This document shows positions 54,348 through 63,061 of a DNA stretch of 64,000 nucleotides, in pieces. The position numbers and the translations under genes were made by a program. Numbering within the stretch: position 1 is the stretch's first letter; each line of letters starts with the position of its first letter. The notes beneath the pieces were generated by a model that did no database searches, was not told where the DNA came from, and was given only the letters and a program-made list of their open reading frames with translations. The DNA is from a virus: IMG/VR virus record IMGVR_UViG_3300045988_171958, positions 230,492 through 294,491 of that record; one strand, 5' to 3'.

Positions 54348-55835
54348 TTAAAAATATATTCTACTGTTTTTTGGTGGATTTACTTTATAATATAAGTCCA
54401 TGCTAGTAAGTTGCTTTCCAATTGTTGTTTCTTTATCTGGATATCCCCGATAAAGCTTGTTTTGCATATATTCCTCTAATGAATTGCAACCAACATAATT
54501 ATGTAAGCAACATACTTCTTCTGGAATTTCTTTAGAATCTATATAATACAAAGGAGTTTCTCTAGTAAAGTTTCTGATAGGTAATCCACACTTCATTATT
54601 GTTTTGAAAGCATTATTCTGATAAGAAGATCTGTTACCATCATTGTATACTATAATGCTCTTTATCTTCAGTATTTTAGAATCAATATTGTCTTGTATAG
54701 TTTTTCTTAATGAACTGCAATTGATTTCTTCATCCCCATCTATGAATATGCAATGGGTAAAGTCATTCAGATAATTATTGTAAACATCACTATAAGCTTC
54801 AGATAATATTTCATGTTCTCCTCTATATTTAGAAATCAATTCTACATTAGAAAAATCAAGAATATCTTTAGGATCCTCTCCAGATATATCATTATTGTCA
54901 ATAACAAAAACTTTAGAAACACCAGAAGATATTATCTTAGAAATTTGTTCATTCAAATGATAGTTTTCATTCTTAACTATCATTATAGCAGCTATCTTTA
55001 TCTTATTCACATGAGGTAAATTAGATTGATAACCTATTCTTTCTGATAGATATTCATTCTCATTCTTTATTTCACATTCTGATATGACATCTATATCTTT
55101 AAAATCATCAAGAATATTTTGCCAAAATCTTATATTCTTATCAAAAGCATGAATAAACAGTGGCAACTTATGCTTTGTCATTTCATAAACAATATCTGCA
55201 TTCATATCATAAGCAAATGAGGTAGCAACATCAAAATTTGGTTTTCTGAAATCCCAAAGCATTGGCACTAACTGAGCAAAGTACAAATCTTCATATATAG
55301 AATACATGTTGCTGTTCATTCTGTTATGCTTATCAATATCTTCTTTATTCTCTCTAATGAATTCTCCAGTTGGATCAGTTACTTCTATCATAGTAGAAAT
55401 ATTTCTTAAGCTAACTCCCCCGTTACCAACAGCAGGAACATTGAACCATCTTGCATTCTGTGCTATGATAGGTGCACCAATATAGTCATAATTCATATCA
55501 ATATATTCTTTAAGACTTCCTCCAATACAATATCCATCAGTTTGATATATCAAAGCATATTCATGTTCTTTGAAAGTATTCCAAAATTCATAACTTTCAA
55601 GAAGATTAGAATAAGATAAAGTTGATAAGAAATAATCATAAGAGAATGGTCTCAATATTACATCATGGTCAACATATCTTTTCCATTCTGCTGTACCTAA
55701 ATTTTCTGGATATATGAAATAGACTTCATAATCAGAAAAATCCTTCAAGTTTTTTGACAATGATTCAAGACTGAACTTATCTAATAATCCAGGAGTTTCT
55801 TTATATATTGGTATGATAATGCAATTTTTTTTCAT
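54348..55835 (-). CDS. two-domain putative glycosyltransferase (DUF5672-like N-domain + GT2-like C-domain)
   Basis: N-half: YDYIGAPII...AVGNGGVSLRN matches the DUF5672 signature as recalled. C-half: IAAIMIVKNENYHL...VFVIDNNDISGED...IFIDGDEE is a GT-A-like nucleotide-binding and DxD pattern. Confidence 0.5.
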   Translation of the reverse strand: MKKNCIIIPIYKETPGLLDKFSLESLSKNLKDFSDYEVYFIYPENLGTAEWKRYVDHDVILRPFSYDYFLSTLSYSNLLESYEFWNTFKEHEYALIYQTDGYCIGGSLKEYIDMNYDYIGAPIIAQNARWFNVPAVGNGGVSLRNISTMIEVTDPTGEFIRENKEDIDKHNRMNSNMYSIYEDLYFAQLVPMLWDFRKPNFDVATSFAYDMNADIVYEMTKHKLPLFIHAFDKNIRFWQNILDDFKDIDVISECEIKNENEYLSERIGYQSNLPHVNKIKIAAIMIVKNENYHLNEQISKIISSGVSKVFVIDNNDISGEDPKDILDFSNVELISKYRGEHEILSEAYSDVYNNYLNDFTHCIFIDGDEEINCSSLRKTIQDNIDSKILKIKSIIVYNDGNRSSYQNNAFKTIMKCGLPIRNFTRETPLYYIDSKEIPEEVCCLHNYVGCNSLEEYMQNKLYRGYPDKETTIGKQLTSMDLYYKVNPPKNSRIYF

Positions 55836-55853
55836 TTTTAAATATTGTTAATT

Positions 55854-56492
55854 TTAGGGTTTGAAGTGTCTCCAATAAGTCATTATATTAGTAAGAGTAT
55901 CCTTTGAAAAATGACCTTCTGTGTACATACCTGTTGGTAATAATCTTGTAGGTATGATATGAGTTTGGCTTCTCAACATAGGTATGTACATTCTTACTGC
56001 AAAACCTATTTTATATTTCTTACATAATCTCTTAAGTACTGGCCAATTGATGTATTTATTTACTTTATGTACAGGTTCATTGAATTGCAATTGATAATAT
56101 TGTTTGAATACTTCATATATTGAATTCATTACACGTGTTCTTGCAAATGGTGGAAAGTAATGGATATTTACACCAATCTCACGAATATTATTCTTTTTGT
56201 CTTTTGCTAAACCAAAAAATACAGTCATAGGAGTTTTGTCATAATACTCCAAATCTTCTGCTGTCTTAGGTGTGGCATAATTGAATACTACTATCTGTCC
56301 AGGAAGAATATACTTAGTAGTAGCTTTAGTATTTATGAGAATTTCTCTATAAGCTAAACGAGAACGCAAATTGATAGGTCTTCGTTTTAATGGGTGTTCA
56401 TTAACAGCATCATCTAACCTAAAATTCTTAATTTCTTCTTGTTGATATATCCAATTATCTATTTGTTGTAATCGTTGATTCTGTGTAGGCAT
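55854..56492 (-). CDS. hypothetical protein; positional candidate for gp2-like DNA end protector
   Basis: 212 aa, immediately downstream of the gp4-like gene (T4 genes 2 and 4 are adjacent). GVNIHYFPPFAR is vaguely gp2-like from memory. Weak. Confidence 0.3.
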   Translation of the reverse strand: MPTQNQRLQQIDNWIYQQEEIKNFRLDDAVNEHPLKRRPINLRSRLAYREILINTKATTKYILPGQIVVFNYATPKTAEDLEYYDKTPMTVFFGLAKDKKNNIREIGVNIHYFPPFARTRVMNSIYEVFKQYYQLQFNEPVHKVNKYINWPVLKRLCKKYKIGFAVRMYIPMLRSQTHIIPTRLLPTGMYTEGHFSKDTLTNIMTYWRHFKP

Positions 56493-56510
56493 TTAAATTA
56501 TAAAATAAAT

Positions 56511-56963
56511 TTACTGGAAGAAACGTTCTGTTACCAATATGAATTTCATATTATGTTCTTTAGCAAAGGTCATACAAGCTTTCCATTTGTCACAATTCTT
56601 TATCCATTGTTCTTTTAACCAAACAGAATCTTGTGGTCTAGGTTTCTTAGTTTGAGCATAAGGTTTTACTTCTACTATTGTCTGATGACCATCAGCATTC
56701 TCTATAATGAAATCTGGATAATAGTTTGCCATACCTTTCTTTAATCTGCTATAATATGGTATGGCTAAAGATTCAGATACCCATCCAGTAATGCTAGATT
56801 GATTTTCTACATATTGAATGAACTTCATTTCCAACCCAGATCTTGCAATTACTGGCTCTTTTTCCTTGCATTTTTTGAATTTTTCTGGTGAGATGAGTGT
56901 TTGATGGTAGTAACTGTTCTTTCTTGGTTTTACATTTTTTATGAAGTTATCTGACTTTGCCAT
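56511..56963 (-). CDS. head completion nuclease, T4 gp4-like (PD-(D/E)xK)
   Basis: 150 aa, the same size as gp4. Motifs SGLEMKF, ...IPYYS..., YYPDFIIEN...IVEVKPYAQT and KWKACMTFAKEHNMKFILVTE. Confidence 0.6.
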   Translation of the reverse strand: MAKSDNFIKNVKPRKNSYYHQTLISPEKFKKCKEKEPVIARSGLEMKFIQYVENQSSITGWVSESLAIPYYSRLKKGMANYYPDFIIENADGHQTIVEVKPYAQTKKPRPQDSVWLKEQWIKNCDKWKACMTFAKEHNMKFILVTERFFQ

Positions 56964-57017
56964 ATATTAATATAGTAACTTTATTATTAAAAATTCACAT
57001 TTTGGTTTGAATTTTAT

Positions 57018-57088
57018 TTGAAATTTTTTAGTTTGTTTCTAAATTTATTTGCAACAAGATTGAAATAAATCAAGATTGTTCTATATTA
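57018..57088 (+). repeat. duplicated promoter cassette, copy 2 (partner 22037-22107)
   Basis: See copy 1. TTGAAA at 57060 and TATATT at 57082. The downstream ORF also begins MIMIM. Confidence 0.8.
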
Positions 57089-57118
57089 TACATGTCAATA
57101 AAATATTAATAATTTAAA

Positions 57119-57430
57119 ATGATTATGATTATGAATACAAATACAAATAATATTATCAAGGTGAACATTCATGTTTTAAACAAATTTACTAACAAACATG
57201 AAATTGTTAAAGTTTCTGTAAGAGCTAATAGTGTTATGGAACTTTGTGAAAGACTTGCCGGAGTAAATGGAAGAAATCTTCACTATCTTCTTGCTAGACC
57301 AGAGCTTTTTAACAGAACAAGATATTTCTTTTCATGCTTTACTAAAGCATTTAAGAATTACCTTTATTATGAAAAGGAAATGGGACCATGCCACAGATTT
57401 GAATATGACGGAATCAGTCTTGATAAGTAA
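57119..57430 (+). CDS. hypothetical small protein
   Basis: 103-aa ORF behind the duplicated promoter. Confidence 0.5.
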   Translation: MIMIMNTNTNNIIKVNIHVLNKFTNKHEIVKVSVRANSVMELCERLAGVNGRNLHYLLARPELFNRTRYFFSCFTKAFKNYLYYEKEMGPCHRFEYDGISLDK

Positions 57431-57463
57431 GTATCAATTATTAATAAAACAAAATATTTTTGA

Positions 57464-59014
57464 ATGAAGTCATTATTGTCAATGATATTTGAAGCTGGTA
57501 TACCATCAAAGATTATCAAGAAGAAAACAAATATCATAAAGAGAACAAATCAATATAATTTTGGTGATAAGAATGATACTGTATCTGGTACATATAACCA
57601 AGAAGATGAATATTTTAAGAATAATTCACAAGGTTATATCATAGATAGGAAAACAGGTACTAAACATGATGTAGTTGATGCATCATATAATAGTGATAGT
57701 GGTGCCATAGCGGGTGGTGCTATAAATTGGGTTCTCTATATTTCAAATGTTGGCCCTATTAAGAAATTGAAAGTATCAGGTTATCAAGGTATCATGTCAA
57801 GCCCATCAACAATTACTGCTAGTCATATCATAAGTCATATTAGTGATGGATATTATCTGGAAGATTATCTTGCAATTCATAAAAGGGATATTGCTAAAGG
57901 TGATAGAGATAAGATATCAGATATCATAAGTAATGGTAATGCTGATGCAAAGTCTTACAGAGATGCTAAAGAATCTAGAATGCAAGAAAAGAAAGTAAAG
58001 TTCTTTCAAAATTATGGTTGCTTAAGCAGATCATTTGGACATGTTGGATTTATTGTAAAAGATGATGGTACAGTTAAGTTATATCAGAATACACTTTTAG
58101 CACATAATTCATTGAAGTCTAAAGAAAGTGATTCATATAATGCTAGATATGTAGACAATCCAAATAGTAAATCTGTTGCTGAGGCTGCAACCAATACAGC
58201 TGCTGAAAATGTTGCAGAATTGTTGAAGCAAGAAATCAATCCTGATTTGAAGGAACTTAAGGGTATAAGTGGTATTGTTGCATTCAAGAAGAAAAGAGAT
58301 TCAGGTGAATTAGAAGATATTACTTATGAGCAAATTTTCTATAATATCAAATCTAAGAAATTTGTCATGCTTAATAATCTTGGTGAATATGATTTGATGG
58401 GAAATACTACAAGGTTTAATCCAAAAGAATCTACAGTAGAAGTTGTACCTTACATTCAAAAATTGAATATCCCAACAGATAGTAGTACATCAGAATTTGG
58501 TAAGGATTTGAAGCTTAAAGCGGTTAAAGAATGGGACAAGTCAAGAAAGAAAGGTAGAAGAGAATATATTGATGCAAACTACAGAAAATTCTTAAATGCT
58601 TTTAATGGAGTTCAAACTAAAGGTAAAGCACAGTCTAAAGCACGTGATGAGTATGATGAAGAAACTGAAAGTAAGAAGAAAGGATATTTGCCATTTGAAT
58701 TCTATGCTCAGTTCTGTAAAGGTGGTAAAGTTGTAGGTATAGATAAAGATGATAAGATTGAAAAAGCCAAAGATAAAGCTGCAGTAAAAACAAAGACAAT
58801 TAAAGGCGGTCAAGAAAAGATGGATGCTTGGCATAATGGCACTCGTAAACAGAATGTAAAGAGTTGTTCAGATGATAAGCTTAAAGCATATTATAAGATT
58901 TGTATAGATTCTGGTTACAGGGAGGAAGCTGAAAAGTTAAGAAGTGAAGCTGATTCTCGTGGTTTGAAGTTGAATGAATCAATATCACTTAGTACTTATG
59001 CTGAATTATTTTAA
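57464..59014 (+). CDS. hypothetical protein with CTS-like tag (MKSLLSMIFE)
   Basis: 516-aa ORF with Lys-rich C-terminal third. No motif recognised. Confidence 0.6.
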   Translation: MKSLLSMIFEAGIPSKIIKKKTNIIKRTNQYNFGDKNDTVSGTYNQEDEYFKNNSQGYIIDRKTGTKHDVVDASYNSDSGAIAGGAINWVLYISNVGPIKKLKVSGYQGIMSSPSTITASHIISHISDGYYLEDYLAIHKRDIAKGDRDKISDIISNGNADAKSYRDAKESRMQEKKVKFFQNYGCLSRSFGHVGFIVKDDGTVKLYQNTLLAHNSLKSKESDSYNARYVDNPNSKSVAEAATNTAAENVAELLKQEINPDLKELKGISGIVAFKKKRDSGELEDITYEQIFYNIKSKKFVMLNNLGEYDLMGNTTRFNPKESTVEVVPYIQKLNIPTDSSTSEFGKDLKLKAVKEWDKSRKKGRREYIDANYRKFLNAFNGVQTKGKAQSKARDEYDEETESKKKGYLPFEFYAQFCKGGKVVGIDKDDKIEKAKDKAAVKTKTIKGGQEKMDAWHNGTRKQNVKSCSDDKLKAYYKICIDSGYREEAEKLRSEADSRGLKLNESISLSTYAELF

Positions 59015-59044
59015 ATTAAATAAAATTAATATATATATATAAAA

Positions 59045-59377
59045 ATGAAATCTATAGTAGAATCTATTAATGAAGCTAAAAATTTTTTCTTTGCTTTGGT
59101 TGTAAAATCTTCTGATGATAAAGTTAAAATATTTAGTGTGAAGACAAACTATAATGGGGTAGATGATTTTGCTTCAGATATAGCAGCAAATGACGATGAT
59201 GCAGATACAATTGAATCTTGGTTCAATGTAGGTGTACAGTATTCTCGTTATGATGGTTTTAATGATAAGTTCAAGAAATTTCTTGAAGGTGTAAAAGTAA
59301 CAAAGGATAATTTCTATACTATTATGCCTATTCAAAATCTGAAGACAAAACCTAATGGAGTTTACAATTTTAATTAA
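59045..59377 (+). CDS. hypothetical small protein with CTS-like tag (MKSIVESINE)
   Basis: 110-aa ORF. Confidence 0.55.
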   Translation: MKSIVESINEAKNFFFALVVKSSDDKVKIFSVKTNYNGVDDFASDIAANDDDADTIESWFNVGVQYSRYDGFNDKFKKFLEGVKVTKDNFYTIMPIQNLKTKPNGVYNFN

Positions 59378-59431
59378 TAAACGAATATGAAAGACGAAAT
59401 TGATTTTTAAACAAATTAAACTTTAAAATAA

Positions 59432-59803
59432 ATGAAATCAATAAGTGATTTTTTAGTAAATGAATCAAATAATAAAAATGGATATGTAGTTTGTTATGGT
59501 GAATCACGTGATGATGAATTAGATGCTCTATTGATAGAAACTGATTATAATTTGGATAAGATGGGAGATCTTATTTATAAGGGCAATTCTAATGGAGATT
59601 TAGCTAAGTCATACTTCAAATCATTATTGAATAGCGGTTTAAGTTCTAGTGCACCTAATAGAAATCTATATTCAGATGGATTCATTAAATATCTTAAAGA
59701 TAATGGCATTACAAATGATTATATAGTTTCTATAATGACACTTAAATCATATTTGCAGTATTTTAAGAAAATGCCTAAGTCAGGAACAGAATTTAATCTT
59801 TAA
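59432..59803 (+). CDS. hypothetical small protein with CTS-like tag (MKSISDFLVNE)
   Basis: 123-aa ORF. The overall shape resembles ORF 59045 (both are ~110-125 aa, with ...NGV/GITND... then Y..I/IMP/T). Confidence 0.55.
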   Translation: MKSISDFLVNESNNKNGYVVCYGESRDDELDALLIETDYNLDKMGDLIYKGNSNGDLAKSYFKSLLNSGLSSSAPNRNLYSDGFIKYLKDNGITNDYIVSIMTLKSYLQYFKKMPKSGTEFNL

Positions 59804-59807
59804 TATA

Positions 59808-59842
59808 TAAAGCACTATGAATGAAATATTTCATGGTGCTTT
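59808..59842 (+). terminator. rho-independent terminator
   Basis: AAAGCACTATGAA-TGAAATA-TTCATGGTGCTTT (one G.T pair) followed by a T run. Confidence 0.6.
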
Positions 59843-59908
59843 TCTATTTTTAATATAAGAATACCAATGTTCGGTATTCGGAAATATATCTAAACACGTA
59901 TAACATTA

Positions 59909-60529
59909 ATGAAAAAGAAAATCCTTTTAACATTAATGTCATTGTTTTTAGTGGTTTCTACTCCTTCTGGTGCTGAAGAACATGGATTGGCAAAACATGT
60001 GACTGGTACTGTAAAGGTTGAACATGTCGAAAAAGTGGATTCAGCGCAAGCTGTTTTCATGAACAAGAAAATTGCCCTTGAAAATTGTAAAGTTGTATTA
60101 ACAAGTGAAGTTGAAGAGTATATTAGAAAAAATACTACAAGAAAATTTGACAGAGACATTAGTAGCCACATTGTAAAGGAGTGCCTTGACAATGACATTG
60201 ACATTTGCTTTGCATTAGCACAAGCACAGAACGAAACTTGTTTTGGAACAACAGGTATTGGTAAATCAAGAAAAAGTATGTATGGTGTATACAAGACTTA
60301 TAAGCATCGAAATCATTCTACTACTGCTTATATTGATTTATTGAAAAGAAAATACCTAGGAAAAAAGAAAACAGTTCACCACTTAATGAACAATTTCGTT
60401 AACTTAAATGGTCATCGTTACTCATCTAATAAGAATTATGAAAGAGAATTGAAAAGAACTTATGAGTGTATAAAGAAAAAAACAAAAATATTCAAATTAC
60501 AAAATGAATGCAATAAGCTCATGGAATAA
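59909..60529 (+). CDS. secreted peptidoglycan hydrolase candidate (glucosaminidase/FlgJ-like motif)
   Basis: Signal peptide MKKKILLTLMSLFLVVSTPSGA. FALAQAQNETCFGTTGIGKSRKSMYGVYK resembles the A.A.LESG.G...N.FG.K glucosaminidase signature. Confidence 0.4.
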   Translation: MKKKILLTLMSLFLVVSTPSGAEEHGLAKHVTGTVKVEHVEKVDSAQAVFMNKKIALENCKVVLTSEVEEYIRKNTTRKFDRDISSHIVKECLDNDIDICFALAQAQNETCFGTTGIGKSRKSMYGVYKTYKHRNHSTTAYIDLLKRKYLGKKKTVHHLMNNFVNLNGHRYSSNKNYERELKRTYECIKKKTKIFKLQNECNKLME

Positions 60530-61232
60530 AAAGTTGGGACAAATGGTCCTAACTTTCGTACGCAATCACAAGAGAATATTGATAGAAGTTTTCTCAGTGG
60601 TTGCATTTTTTGTATTTATAACTTTGTCAATCAATAAATGCACTTATTACAAAAATGTAAATGATAAGAATATTATAGCACTTACTGATTCTGTAAAGTA
60701 TTATAAAGGTAAGTATGGTAATGAAGTAGCAAAGAAGACAATGATAGAAACTGATTGCAAGAACTTGCAGAACATCAATGATTCTCTATATAGAATGATA
60801 CAAAGTATGCAAGTAAAGAAACCAGATATAGTAATAGGAGGATCATCATCAATAGATAATGGTAAGCATGATACTGTATATATACCTACTGCCACTGAAA
60901 TAACTTCTAAGAATATATATAGGAAGTTTGATTTTTCTAACCAGTACAGAGAACTTACAGGTAATGTAAATTATACTAATGATACTTTAGGATTGCACAT
61001 AGAAAAAGACAGAATACAGTTCAAGTATGCATTAGCTATCAAAGATAATGCTGTATATATGACTTCGGACAATCCTTATGTAAAGTTCAATTCAATAACC
61101 GGGTTAACAATACCTAAGCAAAAGAAAGAAAAGAAATTTGGAATAGGTCCATCCATATTTGGAGGATATAGCAATAAAGGATTTGTTTATGGTGGTGGAA
61201 TAGGATTGCAATATAATTTCATAAATTTTTGA
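60504..61232 (+). CDS. membrane-anchored protein with OMP-like C-terminal signature (spanin/lysis accessory candidate)
   Basis: N-terminal TM segment ILIEVFSVVAFFVFITLSI. C-terminus GGGIGLQYNFINF has alternating hydrophobic residues and a terminal Phe. Overlaps the upstream gene by 26 nt. Confidence 0.4.
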   Translation: MNAISSWNKKLGQMVLTFVRNHKRILIEVFSVVAFFVFITLSINKCTYYKNVNDKNIIALTDSVKYYKGKYGNEVAKKTMIETDCKNLQNINDSLYRMIQSMQVKKPDIVIGGSSSIDNGKHDTVYIPTATEITSKNIYRKFDFSNQYRELTGNVNYTNDTLGLHIEKDRIQFKYALAIKDNAVYMTSDNPYVKFNSITGLTIPKQKKEKKFGIGPSIFGGYSNKGFVYGGGIGLQYNFINF

Positions 61233-61239
61233 AAATATC

Positions 61240-61268
61240 TTGAAATTTTTTGATTTGATTCTATATTA
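61240..61268 (+). promoter_or_regulatory. sigma70-like promoter TTGAAA-N16-TATATT
   Basis: CTTGAAAT then TTCTATATTA, upstream of ATG 61297. Confidence 0.45.
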
Positions 61269-61296
61269 ATCATGTCAAATAATAAATATTAAAATT

Positions 61297-61566
61297 ATGA
61301 ATATTATAAATATTATGAGTTTCTTTAGTATTACAATGTTTATCTTTTTAGGTTTTGTAGTTGTACTTATGATAGATATAATCATAGATAAATACTTTAA
61401 ACATTATGATAGTAGTACCAGAAATACTTTCTATTGTACTAAACAGACTTTAGCAAAGCGAAGAATGCAGAAAGATCCTTGGATTTGGTATGGTACTTAT
61501 GTTGATAAATATGGTCATAAGAAATGGTTCAAGGAAGCTGCAAGAAAGAGATTTATTGTTGATTAA
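61297..61566 (+). CDS. small single-TM membrane protein (holin-like candidate)
   Basis: 89 aa. N-terminal hydrophobic MSFFSITMFIFLGFVVVLMIDIII followed by a basic tail. Confidence 0.4.
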   Translation: MNIINIMSFFSITMFIFLGFVVVLMIDIIIDKYFKHYDSSTRNTFYCTKQTLAKRRMQKDPWIWYGTYVDKYGHKKWFKEAARKRFIVD

Positions 61567-61629
61567 TCAAACAAGTATTGAAATTAAGAGATTAATAACA
61601 TCACTGAAGTGATATTAAGAACAGAAGTT

Positions 61630-61929
61630 ATGGAACAGAATATTGTAAAGACTGGTTTGACAAGAAGTAAGAATTGTAAGAAGGCAATAGCTACATATCC
61701 TAATTATCGAGTTTTTTGGAGATCTGGATTCGCTTATCGTGGCGCTGGAGAACGTGAAATCAAACGAGAAGGACAACGTAAGATTTTATGTCCTGGTGGA
61801 TTTTTCTTAGGAACATTTGATGATGAACTTCAGCTCTGCTTTGATTGGGCTTGTGCACAAGATATGGTTATCGATCATGATAAGAAGGAGATTCATATCA
61901 ATGGATTTAGTGAAAATGATATGTATTAG
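61630..61929 (+). CDS. hypothetical small protein
   Basis: ATG 61630 (MEQNIVKTG) is preferred over GTG 61609. Confidence 0.45.
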   Translation: MEQNIVKTGLTRSKNCKKAIATYPNYRVFWRSGFAYRGAGEREIKREGQRKILCPGGFFLGTFDDELQLCFDWACAQDMVIDHDKKEIHINGFSENDMY

Positions 61930-61940
61930 ATGATTAGAAT

Positions 61941-62135
61941 ATGGAAAAGAAAGTTTATGTATACCCAAACCCAGTAAATGGTGAATTCATCAAGAATATT
62001 CTCCCATTACTTAAGAAGTATAAAGTAAAAGAAAAAGATATTGATACTATTGCTCTGTCTGTTGAAGAATCTTATCATATTGGGTGGTCAAGCGGATATC
62101 ATGATTGTGAAATGGATATTGATGAATCTATATAA
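61941..62135 (+). CDS. hypothetical small protein
   Basis: 64-aa ORF, tightly packed. Confidence 0.4.
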   Translation: MEKKVYVYPNPVNGEFIKNILPLLKKYKVKEKDIDTIALSVEESYHIGWSSGYHDCEMDIDESI

Positions 62136-62147
62136 GAATTTAATAAT

Positions 62148-62612
62148 ATGGACTTGATGGACATTTATAATATAAACAAAAAGTTAGCACAAGAAAAATT
62201 GAATTCAGATAAGCCAATCAAATGGATTGCTATTTATAATAATAGTAAATTAGAAATCAGAGCAGGTTATGTTTTGTACCATAAAGATCTTCGTAAGAAG
62301 GATGAACCATTACCTATTGGTGGTGGAATATTGAAAATAGAAAGTCAATCTGATGCAACTTGGAAGCTATCACTTGGTGGTAAGTCTGATGATTTTGGTG
62401 CTTGTGATTTGCTTTCATTTAAGAATGAGGATATTGACTTATATCCATTGATTGATTTCTTATGTTGGACATTATATTTTGATGAATATGTAAAACCATT
62501 TGATGTTGATATCAGATTCTATCCATATTTTGTAAAGAGCTTACCTAGCACTGATGAATTCAATTTGACTGATACATTCAGAAAGCAATACGAAAAATAT
62601 CTAGATGTTTAA
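62148..62612 (+). CDS. hypothetical protein
   Basis: 154-aa ORF. Confidence 0.5.
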   Translation: MDLMDIYNINKKLAQEKLNSDKPIKWIAIYNNSKLEIRAGYVLYHKDLRKKDEPLPIGGGILKIESQSDATWKLSLGGKSDDFGACDLLSFKNEDIDLYPLIDFLCWTLYFDEYVKPFDVDIRFYPYFVKSLPSTDEFNLTDTFRKQYEKYLDV

Positions 62613-62615
62613 TAG

Positions 62616-63029
62616 ATGAGTAGAAAGATAGAATTTCAAGACTTGAAGTTTGTTTGCGGATGCAAAATATTGTCGCCTAAAGGTTATTCTGCAATCACAT
62701 TATTTGGTACAGTGTATACAAGAAAGAGTGCAGATGTAGTTTGGAGATATCTTCAGACGAATAGAGGTAGGATTTGGGCACATCATGAAGCAATACATAT
62801 CTATCAGGCAGATACATTTGCTTATATGAAATGGTTTTGGTTTTATTTTATATATATTTGTGAGTTCTTGAAGGCTTGGCCATTCTTCATGTCTTGGAAG
62901 CAAGCATATAAGACAATCGTATTTGAATATGAAGCATATATGAAACAAGATGATTTGTATTATGTAAAATCAGCTTGGTGGGATTATATACGTACAAATA
63001 AAGTAAGAAAAACAATATCGTTCGGTTAA
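62616..63029 (+). CDS. hypothetical protein with HExxH motif
   Basis: WAHHEAIHIYQ (HExxH) followed by an aromatic-rich hydrophobic stretch. Confidence 0.4.
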   Translation: MSRKIEFQDLKFVCGCKILSPKGYSAITLFGTVYTRKSADVVWRYLQTNRGRIWAHHEAIHIYQADTFAYMKWFWFYFIYICEFLKAWPFFMSWKQAYKTIVFEYEAYMKQDDLYYVKSAWWDYIRTNKVRKTISFG

Positions 63030-63061
63030 TTATTTTTAATCATAAAAAAAAAAATAGTTTT

